From Selaginella moellendorffii (taxonomy: Eukaryota > Plantae > Lycopodiophyta), in contig NW_003314337.1 of NCBI RefSeq assembly GCF_000143415.4, positions 217,053-281,052 on the forward strand: a stretch of 64,000 nt of DNA, given 5' to 3'. Shown here in pieces: positions 51,925-61,973 of the stretch (its first letter is position 1; every line of letters begins with the position of its first letter). A model generated the notes under the pieces. It saw only the letters and a program-made list of their open reading frames with translations, ran no database searches and had not been told where the DNA came from. The translations under genes and the position numbers were made by a program.

Positions 51925-52860
51925 TTAGTTTAATAGGGAGGCCAAGCCATATAAATCAACTTGTTTGGTTCAAGGAATGACCACTAGACCTGGATGACAA
52001 GATGGTGCAAGAACACGCAAAAGAGCATCTTGGTGAGCTCAATTGGGAGGGCACCCGCCAAATGGAACATAAGTGTATGGCGTCAAACGGGAGCTCGAAT
52101 ATTCAAATCACTCCAGATCAAACTTGTCCGGATCCATGAAGAACGCACTCCTCTTGTTGCTCTGGAAGATACTCCAATGGAACTGGATAAACACAACAAG
52201 GAGTAAAAACTTCACGAGATCAAGTAAATGGAGGAACTTACTCGCCAATCTTTTGGAACTGTGAAGCCCTCCACAGTATCTGCTTGCGTGCCTCCCACCG
52301 CTGATATACTTGTCCAGCATCTCAAAGGTCTTGTGACTCGCAATCTTTGCCTGCCGAAACTTACTCCCTGGAAAGTTGAGCATCCTCAAATGGAGCCAAA
52401 AGCTCTTTTTCCTCCTCCTCGTCTTGAATGCTCAAGAACAAGTTAAACACCACCGAGAACAAAGCCTTCTTCACTAGAAGTAAGCACCAACTTCCGATCC
52501 ATCCAGCAAAAACCTTCGCAATGTGTGCCTGGGCGATGGAGCTGGCGCTCACGACATACCTTCGCTAGTGTCGGGGCCAAGGAACGCCATGAGAATGTGG
52601 CGCCTGTGGCCCTCCAAGAACAAGCTCTTTGTCACCCATGAGCATCCTCATTGGGGCTGGCCAGGAGCGCTCGAAGATCTTGCCGTGGCTGGAGAACTAG
52701 AGCTTGAACCCAAGAGGAGCGCTTACCACCACCGTGGGGTGGCCAAACAGGCGTGTCTTGAAACCCTGGCCATACTTCTCGCGAGACTCGTAAAACTCCC
52801 ATGGCCTGTTTGCTTTCATGGCGTACAAGAGATGGAGGGTTTCTCCTACGAATGAGAGCG
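51925..52860 (-). pseudogene. Cytochrome P450 pseudogene, CYP85 clan, CYP716-like
   Basis: FVGETL..KYGQGFKTRLFGHPTVV..SWP; LNFPGSKF; GFTVPKDWR, 59-nt GT-AG intron 52241-52183, FHWS..DPDKFDLE*FE..PYTYVPFGG(del)CP..VFLHHLV; I- and K-helix region missing. Confidence 0.85.
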
Positions 52861-53268
52861 GAATCGAAGTTTGTATGAGAGAAGAAATGCCGCCCTCCTG
52901 GAATCTTTCTTTGACCTTAGTACCAAAAACTTCACTGTTCTTGATCCATCTCGAAAATGAAGTATTCTTTGATGAATTATACTCGGCAAATTATTTCTTT
53001 AAACCATTTTCTTTTATATTTTCGTTTGAAAAATTCCCAGTCCTTCGAAAACGTTTGTTCTTTGATCTTTTTCTCCGGCAACTTCATTATCAGATTTGGA
53101 ATATTGACAGTGTCCAAAGCACTCGGCATTGTTCCTGATCTTTTCCCTGGAACTTCTGTCAGCGTGATCTTTTCCCTGGAACTTCAACCTTCATTATAAC
53201 CTTTGTTCAAAGCACTGTCAACTTCGTGCCAAAGATTTCCTATATCGCCAAGTTGATCGATCGAAGAA

Positions 53269-54042
53269 TCACACCAGCTTTGCGACGACAAGCGTGAGAT
53301 TATCACTCGTTCCAGCCACGAGTGCCTTAGTAATCACTCTGGAAGCAATTCCACTTTCCTCTCCATTCCTGAGCAGTTCTACAACGGTCTCGCAAACGCC
53401 CTGGAACCTCAACTTCTCGAAAACCCCATCCGATCCAACCAAGAGATAGAGTGGCGATGGCCTCTGCCTCTGGAGATGATAGACCGTGAACTCCGGCACC
53501 GCGCTCATCCCAAACTTCTTGAGATCCCGATCGCCAATCGCCCTGGACACCTCGAATTCCCCAAACAGCCTCCCATTGCTGTGGATGACTCCACCTGCCG
53601 CCTCGATCCTCTTCCTTTCGTCCTCCCAGTACGGCTGATGATCCCGGGTCAGCCGTACGCAATCCCCTGCCTCCACGCCACAGATTATCGCTCGAGAATC
53701 GCCCAGATTCATCACGACCACGGTCTCGCCACTGATCGCTGCGACGCACGCTGTCGATCCGGCCACGAATCCACCCCTCTCCGATTCATTGAGGAGCTCT
53801 GCCTCGATGTCCGCGATCGCGGCGGATAGCGCGCCCGTGAGCAGCGTTTCGATCGAATCGCCGCTCCCCTGCAAGCGGAGATGGTGGTGAAATCTTTGGT
53901 AGAACCAAGCGGCCGCGAAGTCGCTTGCCTGTGATCCGCGATGGCCGTCGAAGATTGCGAAGATTCCTACCTTTCCAGGGATCGCCAGGCACCTGTCCTC
54001 CTGGTACGGCCTCTGCCCCTTGTGGCTCACTGCCTCCCACAT
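53269..54042 (-). CDS. Protein phosphatase 2C (PPM family), minimal catalytic domain, intronless
   Basis: 257-aa ATG ORF with RPYQEDR, FDGHRG, GSTA, NLGDSRA, LTRDH, SRAIGD, GSDG and DNLT motifs. Confidence 0.88.
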   Translation of the reverse strand: MWEAVSHKGQRPYQEDRCLAIPGKVGIFAIFDGHRGSQASDFAAAWFYQRFHHHLRLQGSGDSIETLLTGALSAAIADIEAELLNESERGGFVAGSTACVAAISGETVVVMNLGDSRAIICGVEAGDCVRLTRDHQPYWEDERKRIEAAGGVIHSNGRLFGEFEVSRAIGDRDLKKFGMSAVPEFTVYHLQRQRPSPLYLLVGSDGVFEKLRFQGVCETVVELLRNGEESGIASRVITKALVAGTSDNLTLVVAKLV

Positions 54043-54099
54043 TGAAGAACCCTAATTGTTTTCCTATTTTCTTCCTTTTTATAGAAGTTTCTCTAGCAC

Positions 54100-54187
54100 G
54101 TTAAAGGATTTAATGTTGTACGAGAACCATGCTTAGGAAAGGACATGTTAAAGGATTTAATGTTGTAGGAGAACCATGCTTAGGAAA
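54100..54187 (+). repeat. Tandem duplication, 47-bp period, upstream of PP2C
   Basis: gttaaaggatttaatgttgta(c/g)gagaaccatgcttaggaaa twice. Confidence 0.85.
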
Positions 54188-54812
54188 CGGATGGCTTTGG
54201 GAAGGTTAGCTCCACCACAACAAAGTCGTATAATAGTTGTGAAAAACGAAAGTGTTTAGCATCTTTTAGTGCTTTTACAGCTAGTATATATTTTTATTTT
54301 TTCCTTTCTGGTTAATATTGTTTGTATTTAAATATTTTATTCTATGTAAACAAGAAACCTTAAACTTTTAATGAAATCTCACTCGCCAAGCTAACAAGAT
54401 TCCTGACCATTAGGTGGGAATTGAATTTGTGTATGAAGATTTTTTTGGTAACAAGAAGGCAAAAAAAGATAAATTATGTTTCTTGAGATGCAAAATTAAA
54501 TTCAAACCGTCTTTTAACTGCCTGCACCAAGAAAAATGAATCAACAAATACATACAAAAGAAAAATCCGAACTCTTCCGGATATAGACAAGCCCAGATGA
54601 GATCATGGTTATTTGCCTCTGATGTCTCCTCCCTACAATAAATAAATAAATTTACCAACTAAGAAGAAGAAAAAGAAAGCTTACTTCCCAAGGGAACAAT
54701 AGAAGCAACTCGGTCTCCTATAATCTGGAGGTTGCCACATCGATGGTCGCTCCTCATCTGGCTTTAAAAGATACTTCCGATTCTTCATTTTCTCCTCGTG
54801 TTTCTTGTGCGC

Positions 54813-55429
54813 TGAGCGCTTGTTCCAACGAATGCCCGGCTGGGAAATGGCCACAATGGCGACAATGATCCATCTAAGCTCAATCCGCTGTATCGTTCTT
54901 CCACTCTGGCATGATCGAGGACAATTTGATGATCTCTTGATGATCTCAGCCTACGTTGCTTCCGGAGATCTTGGAGCCGCGAGCAGAGTGCTGGATAGAA
55001 TGCGCGAGAAGAACCTCGTCGCTCTGGACGTGATCCTCCAGGGCTCCTTCACGACGATGATGTTTGATCCCGACCATTCAGCGTTTGTGAGCGTTCTCGC
55101 TTGCTGCCAGCTCGGGCTGTTCGAGCAGGGATGGAATTATTTTCGCAACATGGTCGACGATCATCAAGTCCAAGCACTGGGAGCGCACTACTGCGGTCAG
55201 CTAGCCAAGGCCAAGGATCTCATCTCCAGCATGCTCTAAAGTCCCAGATGGCGCTTCTTGCTCCCTGTCGGGTCCAAGAAGATCCACAACGAGCAAAGGC
55301 ATAATTTATCTATTGATGGATCTGGAGAAGAGTGTTGTACAACCTCTAACAATGGCTGGTGGGGCTATAGGCTGCGACAGAACCATCTCGTCACCGTATG
55401 CTCTCCTTTCCAGCACCTACGTCGCGTAG
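54813..55429 (+). pseudogene. Deleted paralog of the 25264-27366 PPR gene
   Basis: Blocks match ~26203-26455, ~26968-27270 and ~27305-27345, with deletions and frameshifts. Confidence 0.88.
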
Positions 55430-57432
55430 TCGTGACAAGATGATCGACTAGACTGGACCAAGTTATAGATCGAGACGTAGCGATCAGCTGATGAAGAGAG
55501 CCCAAGAACACGTCGAGCAGCGCTGACTGCTAGATGGCGGTGAGATCTTGATCTCAGGTGCTGGAGCAAGCATCCCCAAGCAACGGCATCCGGGACAAAC
55601 GGCATCGCCTCGAGAAGTTCGTGAGCTTCTTCTCCTCGTCCCGATTTCCCCAGCATGTCTATCATGAAGCAATAGTGCCTGCTCGTCGGAAGCATCGAGT
55701 AGCTCTCAGTAATCGAGACGAAGTATCTCCATCCCTGGGCGAGCAAGCCCAAATGCGAGCAAGCTGCTAGCGCTCCCATGAAGCTTACTTCATCCGGGAT
55801 CGTTCCTTCGATTTGCATCACTCCAAAGAGCTCAATCGCGTCTCTGGATTCTCCGTGTGCGGCAAGTGCCACGAGCATCGAGTTCCAGGCCACCACATCG
55901 AGTTCCGGCATGCGCAGAAAGAACTTCCATGAGTATCCACAAGCTCCCAGTAAAATCGTCCAAGAGAGAACGTCGCGCTGGATCATCCCTTCAAACATCT
56001 CTCGTGCTTCCTCCTTTCTCGAGGCGAGGATGAAAGCTTGAAGCATTGAGTTGGAGCTGGCTAGATTATGCTCGGGCACTGCGTCGAAGATCTCCTTGGC
56101 TTGCTCGAGATTTCCCCTGTGAGCATACGCCGCTAGAAGGCAGCCCCACGAAACCAAGCTGTGTCGAGCCATTCTCTCAAACAGCTCCCTCGATTCCTTC
56201 AAGAGCCCCATCTCCGAGCAAGCTCCCAGCATGGCATTCCAAGCAACGATGCTTCGCTGTGGCATTGTGCTGAAGATATCCCTGGCCTTGTTGATTTGCC
56301 CGGTCTGGGCATACGCAGTGAGCATCATGGTGTACGAGGCCTCGTCGTGATCGGGCATCAAATACCGGAAGAATGCCACTGCTTCTTCGATCCTGTGATG
56401 GAGAACGTACCCTTGGAGCATCGAATTCCATGCTGCTGTGTCCCTCGCCGGCATTAAGTCGAAGAGCTCCGTCGCAAGTGCCAGATTGCCGGCTTGAGCA
56501 TACGCCTGGATCAAAATCGTCCATGCTATGGCATTGTGCTCCGCCATCACCAAGTCGAAGACCCTCCGCGCGTCGGCCACAAACCCTGCTTGTGCCAGAG
56601 CATGAACAACCGCGCTCCAAGAGACGACATTCCATTCCGGAATCCCGTGCCAGAAGAGATCCATCGCGGCCGTCAGATGCCCATTTCTTGTATATCCATC
56701 GATCATCACCGTCCACGTGGCGAGAGACCGGAATTTCATGCTATGCAAGAACAGAGCCCTCGCTTCTTCTAGATTACCGGTTTGAAGCGTTTGCTGGAGC
56801 ATGAAATTCCAGGCGGCAATGGAATTCTTCTCCGGCATGGCATCGAAAATCTCTTTGGCTTGATCCCAATACCCGTTTTGGGCATAGGCCTGGATCATCG
56901 CGTTCCATGTCACGGCATTCTTCCGAGGCATCGATTGGAAGACCTCTCGCGCCTCTCGCAACCCGCCGCTCTTCCCCAATCCAGTGATCATCGTCGTCCA
57001 GGACACCACATTCTTGATGGGCATAGAATCGAAGAGCTTTCTCGCGTCGGCGGTTTGGCCGTGCTGGGCATACGCCGTGATCATCGAGTTCCACGAAATC
57101 ACGCTCTTTCCTTGCATCGAATCGAAGATCTGGCGAGCGGACTGGATGTCGCCATTCTGCGCGTATGCCGAGAGGAGGATGTCGCGAGAGAATTGATTGG
57201 GCTGCTTGGTCTGATCGAAAACTAGGCGAGCTTCGGACAATCTCCCACACGTCCCATACATTTGGACGAGGAGATTGGCAAGAAAAGTGTTGTCACGATG
57301 CTTGCTGTGGCGGATCCGGGAGTGGAGCTCTAGTCCCTGTGAAAAGTCTCTGCAAGATCGGACGAGAGCTGCAAGCTCGTTTTGTTCCTGCCACGACGCT
57401 GCTCGCTCATCGAGCGTGCAAGCTAAGTTCAT
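55417..57432 (-). CDS. PLS-class pentatricopeptide repeat protein (short-motif rich, E-type end, no DYW)
   Basis: Open frame, first ATG at 57432 (MNLACT); repeated SWxxMIxAYAQxG motifs; HYCFMIDMLGKSG..MPFVPDAVAW. Confidence 0.93.
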   Translation of the reverse strand: MNLACTLDERAASWQEQNELAALVRSCRDFSQGLELHSRIRHSKHRDNTFLANLLVQMYGTCGRLSEARLVFDQTKQPNQFSRDILLSAYAQNGDIQSARQIFDSMQGKSVISWNSMITAYAQHGQTADARKLFDSMPIKNVVSWTTMITGLGKSGGLREAREVFQSMPRKNAVTWNAMIQAYAQNGYWDQAKEIFDAMPEKNSIAAWNFMLQQTLQTGNLEEARALFLHSMKFRSLATWTVMIDGYTRNGHLTAAMDLFWHGIPEWNVVSWSAVVHALAQAGFVADARRVFDLVMAEHNAIAWTILIQAYAQAGNLALATELFDLMPARDTAAWNSMLQGYVLHHRIEEAVAFFRYLMPDHDEASYTMMLTAYAQTGQINKARDIFSTMPQRSIVAWNAMLGACSEMGLLKESRELFERMARHSLVSWGCLLAAYAHRGNLEQAKEIFDAVPEHNLASSNSMLQAFILASRKEEAREMFEGMIQRDVLSWTILLGACGYSWKFFLRMPELDVVAWNSMLVALAAHGESRDAIELFGVMQIEGTIPDEVSFMGALAACSHLGLLAQGWRYFVSITESYSMLPTSRHYCFMIDMLGKSGRGEEAHELLEAMPFVPDAVAWGCLLQHLRSRSHRHLAVSAARRVLGLSSSADRYVSIYNLVQSSRSSCHDYAT

Positions 57433-58052
57433 GGTGTCAAAAGGAGTCTTTCCAGTGTTGATTACCTGAAAAATATTAGTCTGTGAATGGATTGGGATCA
57501 AAGGAATGTGACTGGAGCAAACCAAGCTTTCTTGCAAGTTCTTGGTGCCAGTCCGTTGAGCTTGCCGAGAGCATGAACCAGGTAATGTTTAAGAGCCCGA
57601 GCTCTTATTGCCCCTGCAACCATCTATAGAAGACATCATTATCATCATCATCATATGATGATTATGATGATGATATACTTACTAATAATATATTTAAATA
57701 ATAAATCACAATCACCTGAGATATTAAAAAAAACTATTTTACTTCTAGACTACTTTCATTCTGAGGTCAATTTCAAGCAGAACAAAGTGGAAGATCCTTG
57801 TGTTGTGAAAACACTATTGAACAAATGAATTATAATTATTAAAATATTCTAATAAAAAGTGTATAATTAAGTTTCAATAATAGAAATATAAAACATATAT
57901 TATCAGAATGTAAAAAAAAAAAGTACTACTATATTATATCACTCTAGTGAAAAATAATTTGTAAATTTGTAAATCAAGTGACAAATCTAAATAGTATTTA
58001 AAAAGCAATAATAAATTAATTATATAATTTTTTATTTAATTACTATAAACTT

Positions 58053-58826
58053 TGTGAGTGCTTGGAATATAGAAAGGGAATACAAAAAATGTGCATATCA
58101 ATTAGTCCAAAAACCCTAACTTATATACAAAAGCAAATGGTCCGGATTGAAACCAATCCGACAATTACCAAAATCCCACTATGTTAATATTAGTATACGG
58201 CATCATAGCTGTACACTTGACCCTCAGATCATCCCCTCCTCTTGGAATAATGGAAGACTATTAGGGTTTTCTTGTAGACAGGCCGAGATCTGGAGGAACG
58301 TCAGAAAGAGGCATTGATGGATCCGTAGGTGGTATTAACTACTATTGATCCTTTTGTATAAAGCATTTCAACTACTGCACATGCACAATCTCTGAAGGAT
58401 TGGCTTGCTGGATGTCATGCCAAACCTCATAAACTTGTGGTCCAATTTGCCGCAACACCTGATACGGTCCTTTCTACTTCGCAAGGAGCCCCTTAGATAA
58501 ACCACATACTGTAAGATGGGGAAAATGGACTAACACCAAATCATCCACTTTGTACTCCACAGGTGGATGATGATGGGAGTTGTAGTGCTGTTGTTGTCCC
58601 ACTTGTATGCAGCCTAAGTGTTTGGTAGACTCAGCTCGGATAAGTGGAAGAATGCTCGTCAAATACTAATCCCATAACCTAGTATCGGCAGTTCGTGGCA
58701 ATCACGAAGGTAAACCTAGCTCTGTTGGTAGTATTGGATCATGACCATATAGGAGTTTATATGATAAAGCACCAACAGAACTTTGCACTAACAAATAACC
58801 ATCCCAATCCGAATGCTGAAAGTTCA
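58053..58826 (-). mobile_element. 3' end of a decayed Ty3/gypsy element (integrase C-terminus, PPT, ~176-bp LTR)
   Basis: LLYGHDPILP and YKVDDLVLV..LSKGLLAK*KGPYQV; purine tract gaggaggggatga at 58229-58241; putative LTR 58053-58228 t(c)tgag..ctcaca. Confidence 0.6.
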
Positions 58827-61278
58827 TGTGAGACACAAAATCCCTAGGCCCCAAAGTGGAGCCGGAAAGGGTGCCACGTGGTAGTGGCCGAAGCGAAAGC
58901 CCAAACGAGTGTAACACGTTTGGACTAAAAGCTCTGACTTGGAAGGTCGAGAGCGGGAGTGGAACTCCCAACAAAGTGCTCAAGGAGCGAGCACGAAGCG
59001 AGCAATAAGCAAGGCTCCAAAAAGGGACCCAAAAAGGACCAACACACGACACGTGGAAGTGTCTGAGATGGAGTCCGAGGCAGACCCTAGTTGGAGTCCG
59101 AGATGGACCCGAAGTGGAGTCCGATATGGAGTCCGAAGTGGAGTCCGAGATGGACCCAAAGTGGAGTCCGATATGGAGTCCGAAGTGGAGTCCGAGATGG
59201 AGTCCGATATGGAGTCCGAAATGGACCCGAAGTGGAGTCCGAGATGGAGTCCGATATGGACCCGAAGTGGAGTCCGAGATGGAGTCCGATATGGAGTCTG
59301 AGATGGACCCGAAGTGGAGTCCGAGATGGACCCGAGATGGAGTCCGAGATGGAGTCCGAGATGGACCCGAGATGGAGTCCGAGATGGAGTCCGAGGTGGA
59401 CCGAGACGGAGTCCGAGATGGAGTCCGAGATGGAGTCTGAGAAGGACCCGAGATGGAGTCCGAGGTCGAGACCGAGACCGGGACCGAGACCGAGACCAAG
59501 ACCGGGACCGGGATCGAGACCAAGACCGAGGCCAAGGCTGAGACCAAGCCCGAGCCCGAGTCCGAGTTCGAGTCCGAGTCCGAGTTCGAGTCCGAGTCTG
59601 AGTTCGAGTCTGAGAGGGTGAAAGCCCAAAGCGTTCGTCTCCCAGACCCTAGGGGGTTTGGTGAGCTCCAAAAGTATAGTAAGGGGGAGGACTGCAGTGG
59701 AGCCAGTTTGGCCAGGAAAGGCTAGTTTGGCCCAAGAAGGCCAGACCCAGTGTTGGGTGATGAACTGACCACTGGGAAGTCCAAGACTAGAGTGAATACG
59801 GACCGACAAGCGGGGTAGCTTGGTGAAGTGTTCAAGAGCCGGCTTTAGTTCCCCTGGGAGATCGACTGGCCGATGCTCCCAGTCCAAGTGTGGGTGGCAC
59901 TACCTACTTGGATACCAGGCGTGGCTCAACGGAACCTCGCTCTAAGCCCATGGCTAGAGCACCTAAAGGCGAAAGGTGGGGAGAGTACCCAGGTGGCTCG
60001 CGTAAGGCCACGGTGTTCCGAAATGTTGTCCCAAAGGCCCAGACTGTGGAAAGGAAGAGGAGCAGTCCTCTGGGGTAGTGACCAAGGACACAGTCATGTG
60101 GTGAGGAAGTCCCAGAGGACCGTGGGACTTAGTGGTCGGGCCTGTGGGCCTCGATCTAGTGGCAGTGTTGGCAAACACGGCCAGGGGCAGAAAGGGGCTT
60201 GGTAGGAACTGACAAAGGGACTTTGGGGAAGGCAATTCCCTAGGTCTGTGGGCATCCTAAGGATGCTAAGGAGTGGATCTAGGATGACCACTCGTGGATA
60301 CATGGCCCAGTCTTGGAGAGACGAGGTGGTGATGCAAGTGGTGTTGGACCACTAGTGCAGCAAAGGTGAATGGGCATGGCCTTAGCGTAATGGGCCGAGA
60401 TGTCAGTGGTACCTTTGGGTGTCGGTCTTGGGACCGGACACGTGGAGCACTTGGACCAGGTGCAAGTGTTGAGTGGCATGGATGCCATTCTTGGGGCTAG
60501 CAAGTCCCAAGTCCTGAATTGGACTGATGGAGGTTGCGAATGAGACTCCTCCAAGTGGTCGGAGGTGTGGTTAAGTGACTAAAGTAGAATGGAAAAATTA
60601 GTCGCCTACAACTTGGTATCAGAGCTGTTCCTTAGTCCAACTTTTATTGGTGCTCAAGTATATCACCATTGATGTTGGCATTGGAAGGTCCTAGAAGTGG
60701 GCCTATCCTTGAGGAGTAGCATGTCGAGAGGACATGGCTATCCACTCAAGTTCATGCGTGAACTTGTGCACGATATGGTGGATGGAAAAGGGGCCAATAA
60801 AGGAACGACTTTGGGATCTTGGGAACAGTATATGGTTTTCCTCCGAAAGTTGAGGATGTGATCCAGATGAGCGTTTGACTTAGCGAACTAGCTAATGTAG
60901 TTGTGGTAAAGAACTATAGTTGGGATCACGGGAAAGATAGAGACTCCAAAACAATAAAGGAGTCACAAGATTATCCTCATATAGTTGAGGTTGGTGCTCA
61001 TGAATGTAAGACCAGAAGTAATGACCGTGGGAGGTCAAATACGGAAGAGGACTCAAGTCCTTGAAATGGTAGCCGGGGCTACCTTTAATAAATGCTGGAC
61101 CAACCCAAGGACTAGGGGTGTACTCAGAGGATGAGTTGGTATTTTCATCACATAGACAAGTGGTCCTAAGGGGCAAAAGGTTGCCCCAAGAGAACAAATC
61201 AAGTGTCAAAGTAACACTTGCAAAGATGGTCCTTGTGAGGAGGACCTGAATACAAGAAGTTGTATTCCAGTGAGCTAG
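58827..61278 (+). mobile_element. Family B element: 5' LTR 58827-60610 plus start of interior
   Basis: TGTGAGAC...CCTACA followed by PBS tggtatcagagc; interrupted at 61279. Confidence 0.88.
59062..59612 (+). repeat. Minisatellite in family B LTR
   Basis: ATGGAGTCCGAG / ATGGACCCGAG units followed by ACCGAG and GTCCGA hexamer runs. Confidence 0.95.
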
Positions 61279-61941
61279 TGTGAGACACAAAATCCCTAGG
61301 CCCCAAAGTGGAGCCGGAAGGGCGCCACATGGTAGTGGCCGAAGCGAGAGCCAAACGAGCGTAACATGTTTGGACCAAAAGCTCCGACTTGAAAAGTCAA
61401 GAGCGGGAGTGGAACTCCCAACGAAGTGCTCGAGGAACGAGCACGAAGCGAGCAAAAGGCGAGGCTCCAAAAAGGGACCCAAAAGGACCAACACATGACA
61501 TGTGGGAGTGTCCGAGATGGAGTCCGAAGTGGAGTCCGAGGTGGACCCGAGTTGGAGTCCGAAGTGGAGTCCGAGATGGACCCGAGATGGACCCGAAATG
61601 GAGTCCGAGATGGAGTCCAAGATGGACCCAAGATGGACCCGAGATGGAGTCCGAGATGGAGTCCGGGATGGAGTCCGAGATGGACCCGAGATGGAGTCCG
61701 AGTTGGAGTCCGAGATGGAGTCCGAGATGGACCCGAGATGGACCCGAAATGGAGTCCGAGATGGAGTCCGAGATGGACCCGAAATGGAGTCCGAGATGGA
61801 GTCCGAGATGGACCCGAGATGGAGTCCGAGATGGAGTCCGAGATGGACCCGAGATGGACCCGAGATGGAGTCCGAGATGGAGTCCGAGATGGAGTCCGAG
61901 ATGGAGTCCGAGATGGAGTCCAAAGTCGAGACCGAGACCGG

Positions 61942-61973
<32 letters not shown>

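Noticed and set aside
55484-57469. Overlapping and antisense ORFs in the PPR genes (also in PP2C)
   Set aside because: Shadow ORFs of GC-rich coding sequence with no recognisable domains
57433-57537. ORF-track N-terminal extension of PPR-2
   Set aside because: Begins at TTG; the first ATG is at 57432
59062-59612. CRISPR-like periodicity
   Set aside because: No unique spacers or cas genes; eukaryotic LTR minisatellite
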